A stretch of 62,448 nt of DNA, counting the filler, from Platydemus manokwari (lineage: Eukaryota), in assembly GCA_037951405.1 (NCBI GenBank). It is 5 parts of 5 records of this genome, joined end to end, with 100 filler letters (N's around TTAATTAATTAA, not from the genome) between each part and the next. Parts side by side here need not be neighbours in the genome. Positions count along the whole stretch, not along the records: positions 1 to 14,882 come from JBBMOY011379203.1; positions 14,983 to 26,910 come from JBBMOY010387777.1; 3 more parts are not named here. One strand, written 5' to 3'. Position 1 is the first letter of the stretch, and each line of letters starts with the position of its first letter. The translations under genes were made by a program, and so were the position numbers. Below are positions 1-15,335 of this stretch, piece by piece. The notes beneath the pieces were generated by a model that saw only the letters and a list, made by a program, of their open reading frames with translations, did no database searches and was not told the DNA's origin.

Positions 1-73
<73 letters not shown>
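1..73. repeat. (TAA)n microsatellite
   Basis: 24 perfect TAA units from position 1; may continue beyond the window edge. Confidence 0.98.
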
Positions 74-75
<2 letters not shown>

Positions 76-3000
76 ACGATAGTCTGACACAATTTACTGT
101 AAGGATAATATAATATTTAAATTCACACATTTACATTTCGACTTCTTATTGAGATTTCCTTTGATTGTGTACGAAACACGAGTAATATGAACAGATATAC
201 AAATAATAAAACAGACAAACAACAAATAAATTTAAACTACTTAAATTTATACATTAGTATCTCTACTTACGAAATTCATTCGTTCTGAAAGTCGTTTCGG
301 TACAAACCCCCAAAATTCTTTTATAAATTAAGAAAATACAACAAAACCCGTAATAAATACATGGTGGAATTAGATTTTACTTCACAATAAGCATAGAAAT
401 GAGAGATATACATAATGTAAATAAAGAGCAAAGAATTAGGAATTAAAATTTTATTCTATCATTTTTCTATTATCTCTTGCTCTGTTTGTATGGACAAAAC
501 ATTTCCGTTCTTCTTCTCACCACTTTTCCATCACTTTCTTGGAATCCATCATAGTTCATAAAAGTGTAACAAAATTTGACATATTTAAATATTTATTAAT
601 AAAATCTTAAAACTCAATTATTTAAACAAAATTAAGTACTTAAATGTTTTAAAGTTTTCATATTTCGTAATCCTGAAATTTATTTTGTAACCATTGGTAA
701 TATTTTTCCGATGAGGCGTTTTGTAACCTGAAAAATTCGTGTGTAGAGCCTTTCGTAAGTAGAAGTACCACTGCACATCAAATTTATACATTACAAGAAT
801 TAATTTAAACTAAATAATTTAAATAATAGAAATATTTTCTTTGAATTTTTCGTGTGTTTCAGAATTCAGAATTCCTATTTTTTAAAAAATTCCATATCAA
901 ATTCTCCTAAAAAACAAAAGAATTCTACAGAAAATTAATTAACAACGAATATAAATCAAATTCCATCAATTACAATTCGCCTCTCTATTCTGTAAGAACA
1001 CAACAACATAACATTATGGATTTTAGGTTTTTAATTGATTTGTGTTTTTTTCTATTTCCTTCTTCTCTCGAACTGATCTTTAATCAAATTAAACCATAAT
1101 GTCATGCAAATTAGATTGATAGGAATTCTGATTTTAATGCAAGTAATTTAAGTCTATCAAATTAAAATTAAATTTTGAAATTTTCTAAAAATTAATGAGA
1201 AACTTTTTGGGGGGGAAATCAATATTAATTAAATATATGATCACACCATTAATTAATCTATTAAATAATTGATAGCAATTTATAATAATGTTTAAAAATC
1301 ACATTTTAATTCAATGAAACAAAAGCTAAACTAATCAAGTTTTTATCTGTAAAAATATTAATCAACAGTTCGTTTTTATTTTGGATTCAATTTTTGAATG
1401 AAAGCCATTATTCGATCTGTAAATGACGAGATAATTGACATTTTGAACGAGAAATTAAACGAAATTTACCAGAAATATGTTTGGCAAATATTCTGATTGA
1501 AATCTATCATGTTTCATTGATTTTCTACTGTATTGTTCAGAAAATAGAGGAAAAATTATTAATTTTTTCAGTCGCAATTACATTGATTAGATGCAGAAAT
1601 TTAGTTTGACACATACAAGACGATGTGATCAATTCCATCATAACTAAACCGTATCCGTTTCCAACGATTTTCAAATCATTATCTACGATAAATTTAGGGG
1701 AGATTTGTCACCGTGAAAGTCTTAAGAAAATGAAATTCCAAATGCCAACTATGAAAAAAATAGTTAATTTTAGACCGAAATAAACTTTGTATGTGTAGAG
1801 ATTATTATTACTAATGGCAACCTGTAAAACAAAAATATGCTGTGAATATTTTGTATCAACTTCCCTGTTAGTTAGAATAATTTAATTTAGATGGCTTTTG
1901 TTGACACAAAAAAAATTTAATGTTAATAGGCAGGAATATATTTCATAATCATTTATCTTCATTTTTTTTCAATTTTTTATTAACATTTTAAAGTTTAATC
2001 AAGGGCAAAAATGAACAAAAACCTTTTACAAAATGAACTCCATCTAATTCAAACTGATATTTGCAAGCATTTCCAATAAATATAATTATCAGAATCAGAA
2101 AAAAATTAAAAAATACACCGTATTTCTTCTCAGGTTGGAAGTTGTGAACTTAATCGATATTTATTTAAAGAAATACAGCTGGACAAGCCTCACATAATAT
2201 TGAAGATATGAATTGAAACTGCTACAGTTACTGATATTGAAATATAAACGTGAACAGTAAAGAAGTTTTAAATGGTTCCATTATTATAATCAATTATTAA
2301 ACATTTTCATTGCAGTTTGTCTCTATGTAGTAATCTCGTCATTGGTTACACTTCAAGATTTGGTAAATGCAGCATTTCTTATCACGTAACTCTTCTTACA
2401 ATTATGACGAAAGCTTAATTTTCATTTCTGCGGACTCGGTGATTTTTGTAGAAATAATTTTTAAGATATTAATATTCTTTATCGATAAAATATAAAAGCT
2501 CAATTCCAACTGTTAAGCATAAAAATAAAAAGTTAACTTTCAAAAAATCTATTTACGAGAGTTCATTTTGCAAGTACGACATTTGAGAGTCATTTCATAT
2601 TTGTAAGAATTTGAAAACTGAATTAAATTTATCAAGATTTAATTTTGTATATAATTTAAATATATATAGAATTTAATTTCATACATAAATTTTATTTTTA
2701 TAGGATTTAATTATATATCAAATTATATTAATGTGTTTATATAAGTGTATTTAAATATGTAATTTGGTGTTGTGATTTTTCAGTTCGTTCTCGATGCGTG
2801 TTTTCTAAAATAATAGCGGCTTACAATATTAAAAATTATTTGAGAATCATTCGAGAGATTACTATTCAAAATTATTAATTAATAAAATTCACAGAATTAG
2901 ATCACATAGAGATTATTTCCATTTGAAAATTTTGAAAACATTTTCTAAACTCAAAACTAGTAAATAGTTTTATCAGATGGCGAAATATTAAATGATAACT

Positions 3001-4096
3001 ATTAAGTCATTAATCTTGACATTTACTATCTTGTTTCGGTATATTTTATCGTATCTAAAATTAATTTCATGTGTTTAAAATGACAAACAAACGGATCTGG
3101 AAGATCAATTAAAATTTCATACTGAAATTCGAACTTCAAAATCAAGAACATCATTAATTATTGGGTACCAATGATAATATCAATTTAAATCATTAAATAT
3201 TTTGATATTGTTATTTTAGATGCCATTTGTTTTATTTCAGAAACAACAATGAACATCTTTTTGTGCATCGATTAATTTTCAGAGTTTAATCTGATTTCAT
3301 CCAATTATGTATTTCAAGAAATTTCTACGCAAAAAGATTTTGATTTTCAGGTTGAAATATGTTTCTCGAAAATAACACTAAAGGATATTTCGTTGACACA
3401 GCCATCTGTCTATCTCACCATCTAATTTAATCCACGTCGAGACTTTCACGTAATATCATTAAACAAAACAACGTGGAGATAATGATATTCAAAATTTAAT
3501 TCTCAGATCATTTTCTCAATCTTGTAGGAATATATATATATTAATAATCAACTTCAATTTTTCATGAATTTATTTTCAAAATTGATTATTTAGATACGAT
3601 AATTAATAAAGGAACTTTTAGTTTTATCAAAAGAATTTGGAAAACAACTAAAACCACAAAAAACAAGAATAAGTAGAAAATATTAAATCAAATCATTTAT
3701 AAATCTGGTTATTATACAGCAACAATATGTATTTGAACAAGTTTTAAACAATAGGAGTTTCATGGAGAATTGATTGATGCTCTGCAATCATGATGTCAAT
3801 AACGGGAATTGAAGATAAATAAATGGCATAACGAACGTGGAATTAAATTATCGGACTAGACTAACATGATCAACCTTTTAAATTGGTTGAGGAATGACCG
3901 ATAAATGAGAATACTAGTTAAAGAGGAGTACATAGAAGAAATCTTAACCATCAGCTGAGACACGTGTGATCTTTGGACCAATCCTTCGGACAGGCTTCAG
4001 CATTTTAGCACGCCAAGTTTGGAAATCGTGGCCTACTAATGTTATCTTATAATCCTTTGTTTATGAAATAAATGATTTTTTCATAACATGCATGTA

Positions 4097-4101
<5 letters not shown>

Positions 4102-4139
<38 letters not shown>
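4102..4139. repeat. (AT)n microsatellite
   Basis: 19 perfect AT units followed by a G run. Confidence 0.97.
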
Positions 4140-4141
<2 letters not shown>

Positions 4142-5013
4142 GGGGGTGTCAACCCGAAATAGAAATAAGTAGAACCTCATCTGAGATAAGTGAGTATTGA
4201 TTAGTGTGAATAATGTACTTATATGAAACCAAAAGGCAATTGCATGGTTATGCTGTGGTTTATCAATAAAGGAAGAAGAGGTATAAGCTGAAATTGAATA
4301 GACTAACAGAGTTCGAATCTACTGCTATAAGCTATTGTGGGAGGATCAGATACTAATTGTTATAAAGCATTACGAAAATAATCTATCGATTGATTAGTTG
4401 TTTGAATAGACAAATGTTCAACCAGCAAACCCTCAAAACCCTCTCAGTCACCACGAATATTGAAGTGAATTCATAATTTCATAAAATATTCAGATTCAAA
4501 GTTTGGATTGATCAAGTGAAATACAAATAAAAGTGGAATCAACTGTGCAAACAAAACAGTGGAAAGAAAGTTCAAAAGTACGCAAATAATAGTGATGACA
4601 ATCAAATAAACAGTAATACAATTTTTAATTTCATCATTTATCTTGAAAACCCATTAAAATTCAAAATGTTTGAATTGCATATTTTATGATTTCCTTAAGT
4701 GTGTAGCGCTATAAAACAAATAAATTGTTCGCTTAGAACTTCAACACTCAATGAACATAGAAACAATCAACTGTGAGCCATTGAGAATCGTGACACGAGC
4801 CAAATCGGAATCGATGTCTCTTATTGATAGAGCATTTACGATATACACGATTATGGCCGTGACAACAAAATTCAAAAAAACTGTTCTGGTACTATTTTTA
4901 GGTCCAGGTTTCAATGGAATGACTTGAAAATGTAAATATAAATCGATAATAAGCGGAAACTATCGGGCGATTAATGAAATGAAATCATGAAATTATAAAT
5001 TCATTATCTATAC

Positions 5014-5254
5014 CTAACGTATGCACTGTGCCTGGATTTCAAACTACGTGTTTGACCATTTGTTTTATATTTCGATTTTTCAGTTTTAAAACCAAAATTA
5101 ATCTTTCTGTGAGATGGTTTCGTTGCTGCTGCACTGCCAGATAAACTCCTGCGTCGAGCGGTTTTAAATTGCCTTTTCGGTGTTTTGGTTTCTTCGGATA
5201 CATCGCTGATTTCCAGGGTAATTATATCACAATCGTTTGATAACATGTTCCGTG
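5014..5254 (-). CDS. Candidate first coding exon of an unidentified gene
   Basis: On the minus strand: strong acceptor ATTTTATTATTTTCAG, then ATG at 5246 and an open, GC-richer frame (MLSNDCDIITLEISDVSEETKTPKRQFKTARRRSLSGSAAATKPSHRK...). Donor candidates are AG|GTATAG (5013) or TAC|GTTAGG (5018). No family recognised. Confidence 0.4.
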
Positions 5255-8200
5255 CTGAAAATAATAAAATTCATATCGTAATTTAAAAATGGAGACGAAA
5301 ATTTTTACTTCAAAAAATTTCATTCAAAATATGGGTATTACATATATGTTTAGATATAAAAAAATTAATACACTAACAGTGTGACAAATATAAATTAAAG
5401 TGCAATAGTAGTAAACATCAAAATTAGATAAACATACAAATTAAAAACACTTGTATACAAGATAATGAACAAATTATCAATTTATTTAAATATTGATTTT
5501 ACGTAAATATTATTACATGGAAAATTGTAAATAGTAATTATTGAAAGGAATTTCAAGAAAAATAACCAATTCAAAACTAACCTAATATCAATCAATACTT
5601 ATTTATTCCTTACACAAAATATCCTATCACGAGTTGCGGAGCAATAAATTGATAAATTTGTCACGTGTTGTCTGATAAGGTAGAGACAGAAAAGTAGCGA
5701 ATCGGATTTCAGTTAAATTTAATAAGACCAATTAGAGATTTAGATAATTTAAGAATTCAGTTAGTTCATGTATTTATGTGGTGTTTCTTTATACAACAGT
5801 TATTTTGTACGATTTTATTTTTCTCAATATTTTGTAAATGCGTTGTTGAATTCAAAATGTTTGACATTATTAATTGAAATAAAATTATGTTTAAACTGGC
5901 TTAAAGATTTGTAAGAGATATCCAATACTTTTGATTATAATTTGAAATGCACAGCAGACTTCACGTTACGAAACACTGCTCTACAAAATTTATTAATATA
6001 ATCATCGGATTAAGATACGTATATTGACAATTTTTAAAGATTTGGTTAAGTTATATCATTATTACATGAAACTCTGTACTTTTCAACAAGAACTATATCT
6101 ACCATCTCGTGTTTATTAAGTTGGTTATTTAGAATGATTGAGAATATCATTGCAATATGTGTAACGCAAATGTAAATAAAATTATGTTTCTTAGATAAAT
6201 ATAAAAATCAGATAATATAAATTCACAAAATTGAAGAAACCAGTATTGATTTTATGTAGCTCTGGTCCAGTGATTTTAAAGAACTGTGATGATCTATTTT
6301 ACGTTCACAGAAGTCACTTCGCTCCATATTTAGAGGTCATTAAAGTTCACGTGATGGTGTAACTACATCTTACATATGACAAGCAACTAAAATTCCAAAC
6401 TGTTGAACACGATGGTGCTGTGGTAATGTCTTGAAATGACTTGGAATCTCTTGAATCGACTTTGATGTTCTGTTTGCTTACCCGACTCCGATCACAATTT
6501 ATATTAATTTATTAAGTATTGACAGGATTCTGACTTTCTTGTTGATATGATATTTTTATAAATATTTAATTTCAGCCAGTTCACAAGCTTTGTAAAATAC
6601 TTGAATCTATGTATTTTTTGCAGCAGTTTTTTGATAAGTTTTTGACGTTTTGATTCATCTTAGAAAGTAACAATTTCATGTTTTTAATTTTGTTTTCTAT
6701 TTTAGAATTTATACTTTAGATATTTCTATTCTCAGTATTTATTATTTTAAAATTTATTTCTAATTCTCATTGAATTTTCCATAATTTATTTGGATTTAAT
6801 AATTTTTAATTTAATTCCATAATTTACATTTTAATTAATTTCAAATTGATTTGAAGATTTTGTTTCAATAATGTTCTACCAATGATTTTAAGGGTGACGG
6901 TTTGTTCATCATAGTTCTTACGTTAGTCAAAACGGTACATTACATAAATATTATAACAAGCCAAAAGTAAAAATAATATTAAATTTTTAAAACAGCAGCA
7001 AAACTAAGATAATTAAATTCAAAATAAAATAATAAAAGCTAGTTAAAATACGCATTGAATTAACATTTAAAGATTTGTTGCTCCTGTCACTTGAAACTGG
7101 TTATAGCTACGGACTCATACCAGAAAGATACAATTACAAAAAACGTACTATATATTTCAAAGCCGACGTGAGGGATTTTCGCACCGCGTTGTGAAGAACA
7201 TTTTTATGTGAAATAAATATTAGTTTTACTTTTATACATTAGTAAATTGGCAGAAAATGCGGAACAATTTTGTATAAAAGAAATTGTGGTTACAGTGTTC
7301 AGAATCATTATTCTACTGGAAACTGTTAATTTTGAAAGAAAAATTGTTTACCTAGGTACTAGCGGTGAATTAGTTATTGTGCGATAACTACGGGAGTATT
7401 GATGGAGAATTTGAGCATTAAGAGTTCTATAATATCGCTGGGTTTTGTTATTCTTTTTTTATCATTATTGATAAGAGTTGATCAAAATTAAAATGGTCGG
7501 GTTTCAAAGTTGTAAATTTATTACCAGTGTCGATAAAAACATATATTTATGAAAACTCAAAACTAATTCGTAAATAAAATAATTTATGAAATTTATTGTA
7601 GCCACAAAATATTTATCATAATTTTCATGTAAAACATTAAATTCAAGATTTGTCTTCTTTTGCCAATACGGATACGCTAGATTAGTTTTATCCATTTTGT
7701 TATTGATTATACGAAAGCAGTTTTATTGTAAACAGGCTTAATTTATCGAAAAAAAATAATCTAATCAAATTAACCACCTATAATACAATCAAGTATTTTT
7801 AATCAACCCAACATCTATAATATCAAATCAAACATATAATATTCAATTCCAATCTGATTTCAAATCCAAAATGAACCATTTAAGCCCGATCCCAACATAA
7901 TTCATAATAAAAGATTTGGTTTCAAACTATCAACTTAATCAAATCAAATACATTTCCAATATTAACTAAACTTTCATATTAAACTTTTATAGGTCTTTGT
8001 TTTGCTTATGATTGATGTGATATGATAATATTTTACAAAATATCTTTATTGTATTGTAATAATATTTTATAATTGTTTTTCTTGTTGCTTGAACATATAA
8101 ATTGCAAATCCGAATAACTAAAAGAAATGACAAAGATTAAATAAAGATAATTAAAATCTTGAATAATGTTTAAAGTAAAATAAAATAAATTGGTGAAGTA

Positions 8201-10016
8201 TTAAATCATAAAATCGTAGTAAGGTATCATAATAGAAAAAAGAGAAAATAATTAAAAAATTAAAATAATTAGAGATATGATAAGCGATAACATAAATTAA
8301 AAAATAGTATATACGTGTTATGTAACATTTTGAAATTAAACCTGAAAATTTTATTAAAACTATAGGATACAAGTAAACTCTTATTATAAGTCAATAACAG
8401 ATTATCATATAAGACGGGATCATCACCCAAAAGTCAAACAGAGAATAGAAAACAACCAAAAGGACTGGCTGCTGAAAATAAAGTAAAAGTCTAGAATAGA
8501 ACACAGATTACCGATCAAACAAGACTGGCTATTGTTGTCAAAAATGGCCTCTTATAATATTCCTACACATATTATTACACGGATTAATTTAAACAAATCG
8601 CTCTAGAACATTATACTAATTTTTATTTTTTGATTATAGGAAATTATTAATGATTTTCTTTTAGAATATTTTTGAGTATATTTGTTTAGAATTTTTTAAT
8701 TATTTTTTAAAAGTATACTTTTTACATACTCGACATTCAGACAATGAAATTTATACCATTCACTTAATAAATTGACTGAACCTAAAATAGTTTTGCAGAT
8801 GCGAAGATCTTATGTTAGAGCAACTATTGACGAAGGACATTCTGAAAGTGAATGAATTTTATCCATTTCGTAAATTTTAATTCTATGATAATTAATTAAT
8901 TTAATTAATTATTTATTAATAACAGTTATCGTCTGCATTTGGTTTTCGGATCTCTCGTGCAGATATTTAACAACAATCTATATAAGTAATGCGTCACGCA
9001 GTTTGCCTATTTTTGTTGTTCTTTCTCCTCTTGTTCGATTATCGGTTCCTTAAACAAATCTTATTAACACCTTCAATTATTAATTACTTTGCTGGATCCA
9101 AGGGACTTCATTAGTATGTATGAGAGACCACTATTGGAAATTTATAGACTGAAGTTAAAAAGGTTGACTGATATGAAAATTTAAGTTGGTGATTGTTTAC
9201 TGCTTGTGAGTCATCTAAATTTAATAAAGTTCATTAATAATTTATCTTTGGATGATATCAGAACTCAAGGCTTTGTTTTAAATATTCTTATTTAATAAAA
9301 ACGAAAATAATTGATAAACACAAAAACAAAATAAAATGGTTTTGGTCAAAATACGTAGATCATCCCTTAGGTATGTGAACTTCATAGAACATTGCAGTAA
9401 ATTATTGATTTTCATTAAATAATGTAGTGATATATATTAAATGAAACTTTCAAAAAAGATTTAAGTTATTTTAATCAAATTGCTCAAGGTAAAATTTTGC
9501 ACTTAATTAGTAAATTAATTTCATTAGAAAATCGTAGTACACAAAAATCAATGAGATAATTTTTTTATAAAATTCTGGTTTGTAACAAGGTTTGTAGTTG
9601 TCGTGACTTAAATATTATCTGGGTATTAAGTTTATCTATTGGAGTCCATACAAGTTAAAGATAGAAAAACCTTCTGATACAAATTTCAACAACTTTAACA
9701 ATTATTTTTCAAAATCAATTTAATGTGAAATTTCACACTTTTTTGTGAATTTATAACATCTTATTTTAATTTTAATTGTGGATATTTTTTAACTTATTAC
9801 TATCATCAATTATTATATCATCAATATCTATTATTATTTTTTATAACCATTACCTTATTTTATTTTACTACTATGTTATTTTTATTCGATTATTTGTTGA
9901 ATACAGACGAAATCTTGCAAAAGAAAAATTGGTTTGCACCTTGAAACTCATGTTTTAACATTTTAAGCCTACACAATTATACAGGCATAATAATCAACCA
10001 GCCACAACTAACTTAG

Positions 10017-10235
10017 ATGGTAGCCGATAATTTGAAAAAGGGACATAATAACATCACACAACTACAAGCATCCAGGGATTGGCTAATCCCACATTTACAA
10101 AAACCGACAAGTCTAATAGAACATGAGAAGCTAAAGATCCAATCAAAATGTGATATCAACGTGATCCAAAAAGTGCACTCAGGTCTCGATTATAAACATC
10201 GATGTAAATATGGCCAACAGTCAGTTGGAAGACAA
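10017..10235 (+). mobile_element. Penelope-like element GIY-YIG endonuclease fragment (decayed)
   Basis: Translation HSGLDYKHRCKYGQQSVGRQ resembles the PLE GIY-YIG start (SGVVYxxxCxCGxxYVG). It is preceded by KPxSL...K.D. Confidence 0.4.
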
Positions 10236-13200
10236 GTTTTTGTTGAGTTTCTGAGGTATTGTATTGAGTTTTAGAGTCTTACTGATTAGGATGTGTAATA
10301 AAAAAAAGCTTGTAACCTTCGATTTTTTGTGTCAGCAATTATATGATTATCCAGAATTTAGTACCTTCATATTAATTTATGATTACTTAATTATTGCTTT
10401 ATTATTTTTATTGCCTTTCATTAATCTTTAATTACTTATTAACTGAACACGAAGTTTATTAAATAAAAATTGAATATAAAATCGATAAACACAATGTCTA
10501 TTGAATCAAAGTTGAATTGATAAACATAATCGCTACACAATTTCTAAATAAAAGTAAAATCCACTCAAAAAATGTACACAAAGGGTTGAATTGTTTTTGA
10601 TTCTAATTGTTATAGAATATTTGAATTGCTTTGATTTAACGATTTTGTTGAATTTTGTGCTAAAAATATTTACAGACTTCTTTATTACTGATAAAGGATA
10701 GATGTTTACATGGTAGTTATATGCTTCACCACTCATAGAAAGAAAAGTACCAAAAATCATATATCAAATCACAATAGATTTAGGACCAGAAAAATAGAAA
10801 TAACAACAAAAATTGCCGACCATAAACGACCGGCAGTTGTCCTCGGAATTATAATCATTTCATAAACGTGTTATATGTGTTGACTTTTTACCGCACAGGT
10901 TCGATTTTATTAGTTAAAACCATCGGAAAACTACCCTATTAACAAATTTCTCTCCATCTCTCATGTCATTGGTGTATCTCTGTGTCAGTTGCTTAATATT
11001 GGTGTCCACCAACTGACAATCGGAAACTAATCAAAGATTGATTGTTTAAAGATCTATGGCTGACTACTAGCACATGTATCTATCGTGCAAATGTATTCCT
11101 ATCGTTTGAAGGCTGTTACATGATTTCCATAGGTATTTTTGATTGGCTGAATTACGTACTTCACAGATCGATCGAAACTTTATTGAATCAAGAAGTTATT
11201 GGTTTCAACTCGACCAAGAAGCTTTTCCAACTCTACTTTTCTTCATGAAATGAATTTAGATTCTGTGTTAACAAGATCAATAGACTTTAGACAAGTAATA
11301 TAAATAAGACAATAAAACTTTTAACTTCAAATTAAAATTTTAACTTGATGGAGATGTACATTTGTAAACCTGAAATAAATCGCAATTTGTATTCGTAAAT
11401 TGTTGACTGCTCTAGTTTTTAGAATAACTAATCAATTCCTGTCAGTATCGAATTGTCGAAGAACTCAGCCAAAAACATTTTGTCTAGCCTGAATAAATAC
11501 ATTATCGGAAACCATTGAGATATCGAATTTCACTTCCCAGAAAATATAAAAGGAATTCTTGAACTTCTCAAGAATACCAATAATCAATATCTATTTACTC
11601 CAATAAATAATCACAGATGGGAAGTTAATTCATTGGTGATGAATATATAATTCAATCAATAGTCTATGCATTCAAATCAATCAATTACAATTCCAAAAAG
11701 AAACATTTGTTGGGGATTGGTCCTAGGAATGTTAAAAATCAACAATTAACAGTTTCATGCGAGTAATACTTTTTTATCTTTATGTTTTATCTTCTTTAAT
11801 GAAAGAAAAGTATAGAAAAAGTGTTTATAAATGTATAATAGTATTAATTATAGCTGTATAATTTTAGGATTAATTAATAGTGTAACTAAATTTGTATCAA
11901 TTTTTATGGATTCGGCTCAATTATTAATTTTAATACATTGACATGTATTGATGTATTTTAGGAAACATTGGTTAAATGTGAAGTCAATGTAATAAATCAT
12001 TTTGAATACTTTTGACATGACGTCAAAATGTATCAATTTTTATAAATTCCAGATAGAGTGATTCATGGAATATAATAATTATTATATATTTTTAAAATAT
12101 TGTTAATTTATAAAAAGAAATGATTTGAAATGGCAATGAAATGAAATCAAAATTAAAATATAATAATAAGACTAGGAAAAATAATATTTTAGGAAAGAAC
12201 TTAAAAAATTATGGATAAATAAAATTAATATTATGAAAATTCTATAGTTAAGGGAAATAATAAATTAATATTCGGGAAATCCATGGGTAATTAAAATATC
12301 ATGTAGCGATTTTAACCATTTAAGCATAACGAATAAAAACAGTATAAATAGAAGTTCGGAAAACCAAAAAAGGACCACGACCACAAAACAACCGCCCTCA
12401 TTTTGAGAAACCACTAGAACTCGCCAGAGACTGATCAAGACAACAGTGATCCGTGAGCAAAATCATAATAACATTTATCTAAGACTGATTTAAACAAAAA
12501 ATTCAAATAACAAGCCGGAAACGCATTACATCTATCGAAACGTCGGTTTAAAAATGACTCTCGATTGGATAAATCAAAAAGACGTGGAAGATAAGTCAAA
12601 AACCTTATGAATCAAAATTTAAGTTGCAGCACAAGAAACATTCTTTATTGTACAAGCCTCAAAAAGGAAATTGAGCTCAAACTGCTTGAATCGTCAACAT
12701 TCTATGAAAATATCGTGATTAGTTACCTTGAGAGTTGGGTGGCAAAATTTAGAGCGAAATTATTTCAAATCAGCAAAATTACGGAGAATTTCGTAATTTC
12801 AAACAACAATAGAATTTTATTCAATCGAAATTCAACGACTACATAAATAAAGCCTAGACAATGTTTTAGGTATTCCAGGACAAAATCAAAGAGAAATTAC
12901 TTCAATATGAAAACCGGAATTATTCAGAAGGTACCGCCTATCAATTAGAGAAAGCTCTTATGCTACTTGACAATCCCTATCAATAGAATAATCATGACCA
13001 TCAGTAACCACAAAATTTGACTAAAAAAAGAAAAAATGAGAAGCAAACTTGTGTTAACAGGCAATTGTTGCTGCTAACGCAGTGGAGAGGCTTATAAACA
13101 AAAATTGTTTTTTAAAGTAATTTTTTTATAATTCCAGAAAAATAAGTCACAATCATTATAATAATAAATACTTATTTACAAAACAAGAAATAAAGAACTT

Positions 13201-14882
13201 GCAAGTTACATAAGTGACCTTCGTTTCTTTAGCTGGTATCTTTTGATGCCAATTTACCCAGATATTATAAATTTCAGCATTGATTGTTGCATTTCGGTTT
13301 AACAAAATTATGTTTTCGGGTTTAATAAATTTATTTTTAGTCATATCTAATGGTTTTTCTATTTTTATTGTTCTAGTTTTCGATCTTGTGTTTAATCAAT
13401 AATCTTAATTCAATAGAGGCTGATCTATTTGTCAATCCAATGAAAGCTAAATTGTCGTTTTTATATTAAAGTTTGAAAACAATCATTATCGAATTCATTA
13501 ATCAAATCGACATGTAACAAACCAGAATTCCTGTTATTGCAGTGATAGAGTTTGAATATATAAATCATCAACATTTGGTTTTCATTTTGGAAAACAAATA
13601 TCTGATGAATATTATCCATAATATTAGTCTTCAGACTGTACTAGAAGTCCATTGGGAATGTATAGACCTGTTTTCCAGTATTGATCTATTATGCAGTTTT
13701 AAGTATTTACATAACCTAAAGATATGCGAATACTTAAGCAGGTTTAATAAAATAACCTGATTTAATAAACGTAATGAAGAATATGAAGAAATCCTTTTAG
13801 ATTAATAAAATCGAAAACTTTCTTTGTTGTCGAATTGGAGGTAGAGTAATAGATATTAGAAAGAGAGATATAACAAATATTTCATTGGTTTTTAATGACC
13901 ATTTAAAGAAATATATCAAAGAATATCTTAGAAACTTTATATTCTATATTTTTTATATATTAACTTTTAATATTTATAACCAATTTGTATATACAAAACA
14001 CATTTTCCGGAAGTCCAGACTCACACTAGATCACAATGTCTTAGATTAATGATTTTATCAAAGTTTAGATTCAATTAATAATTATCAATTTTAGATTTTT
14101 GGACCGAATTACAACGTCTGAATTGTTGTTCAACTGAAAAGGAAAATTCAGAGTGATTCAGCATTAACTGAGAGTATATATATATATTAGAATCAAATCA
14201 TAATAATTAGAAGTAATATTAACAATTTTAATAGATAAAGGAAAATCAAGGGGAATATTGCTTTGAAAGGAAATTTTTTATGTTAACAAAATACCAGAGG
14301 CAGAAAATAGCATGTGATATTTATAAGTCACCTAAAAAAATCTATAAAAGATAGTGGCCATTAGGTACTTTGTAAATTTTTGGGAAGAAATGCAAAATCA
14401 AAAGTGACATTAAAAGTCACAAATGTGCAATTTGGCACATTGGAATCAAGGCTATAAATGCGGTCGTTAAAACTAACTTAGCAATTCTACTTACCGTTAA
14501 TTAATCTTGAGTAATTCGAGATATTTGTTAATATACACCAATTATCTTATATCTTTATTAAAAATCAGTAAAAATTTAATAAGCATTTCCCTAATAATTC
14601 TGTCATGAACAAAATCCCATGTTGAAGATCATAATTATTTAATATTTCGATTATTTTTAGCTTTAATTTTCTTTTAATTTTATAAGTTTTTGAGAGACAC
14701 TAAAAATAGTTAATATTCTTAGAAACAAGAATAAGTTTAGATTAAATGTTTTAGTTTGGTTTTTAATTTATGCTTTTAAGTTATCCAATTGTATTTAAGT
14801 TTAATATATGACGAGGTAAGGTTTTCGTATTTTAACTGACTTCATTATTAACTTCTTAACTTCTATTTAGATGAATATAAAA

Positions 14883-14982
14883 NNNNNNNNNNNNNNNNNN
14901 NNNNNNNNNNNNNNNNNNNNNNNNNNTTAATTAATTAANNNNNNNNNNNNNNNNNNNNNNNNNNNNNNNNNNNNNNNNNNNN
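14883..14982. other. Assembly gap linker N44-TTAATTAATTAA-N44
   Basis: Identical 100-nt structure occurs four times; TTAATTAATTAA gives stops in all six frames. Confidence 0.97.
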
Positions 14983-15335
14983 ATTATAAAAATTTAACCT
15001 TGTAGCATTATCAAGTCAGGATGTTCGGTTGTTGTCTTTTATATATATATTTGCATACAGCGTATCGCACTAGTGCTAAGCTCCTTTTTCGGCAATAAAA
15101 CTAATCTTCTTTATGAGATCATTTGTTTTAAAAAGGAAAATATTTAATAATATAAACTGGTCATTAGGCACATATAAATTATATTAAAATGTTTTGTTTT
15201 ATTTTTGCTTTTTCGCATTATAAGAACATCAATTCTATTGAAATTTAAATCTTTTATAAGTTATAGCAAGGGGTCTACCCAAAACCAAAAAACATGGCAA
15301 GAGGTCTCCGAGAGAAAAAAGTTTGAGAACCTCTG
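14983..15335 (+). mobile_element. 3' end of hAT (Buster/Charlie-type) DNA transposon
   Basis: Ends AAAAAGTTTGAGAACCTCTG (reverse complement CAGAGGTTCTCAAAC, a Buster/Charlie-type TIR), followed by 8-bp ATCTAGAC (NNNTANNN target). 14999-15073 reads LVALSSQDVRLLSFIYIFAYSVSH*, like the Buster transposase C-terminus (VALS...SH*). The left part is lost in the gap. Confidence 0.65.

Noticed and set aside
1-73. Telomere-like terminal repeat
   Set aside because: A plain (TAA)n microsatellite with no G-rich telomeric unit; the window edge is arbitrary.
2132-2146. GWKL after an acceptor as a missing KYAT exon
   Set aside because: Followed immediately by a stop and lies 37 kb and three gaps away.
7504-9958. 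Short Ile/Phe/Tyr/Asn-rich ORFs in the track (also 39836, 51380, 53053, 62165 and others)
   Set aside because: Expected by chance in very AT-rich DNA; no motifs or splice support.
12560-13090. Possible gag remnant with zinc-knuckle trace
   Set aside because: Coding-like but too degraded to assign.
13602-13635. CTGATGA followed by a stem-loop, as a hammerhead candidate
   Set aside because: No GAAA or stem III follows; similar failures at 48484, 52259 and 59296.
14927-14938. TTAATTAATTAA palindrome inside N runs (four times)
   Set aside because: Artificial scaffolding linker with stops in all six frames; not biological.
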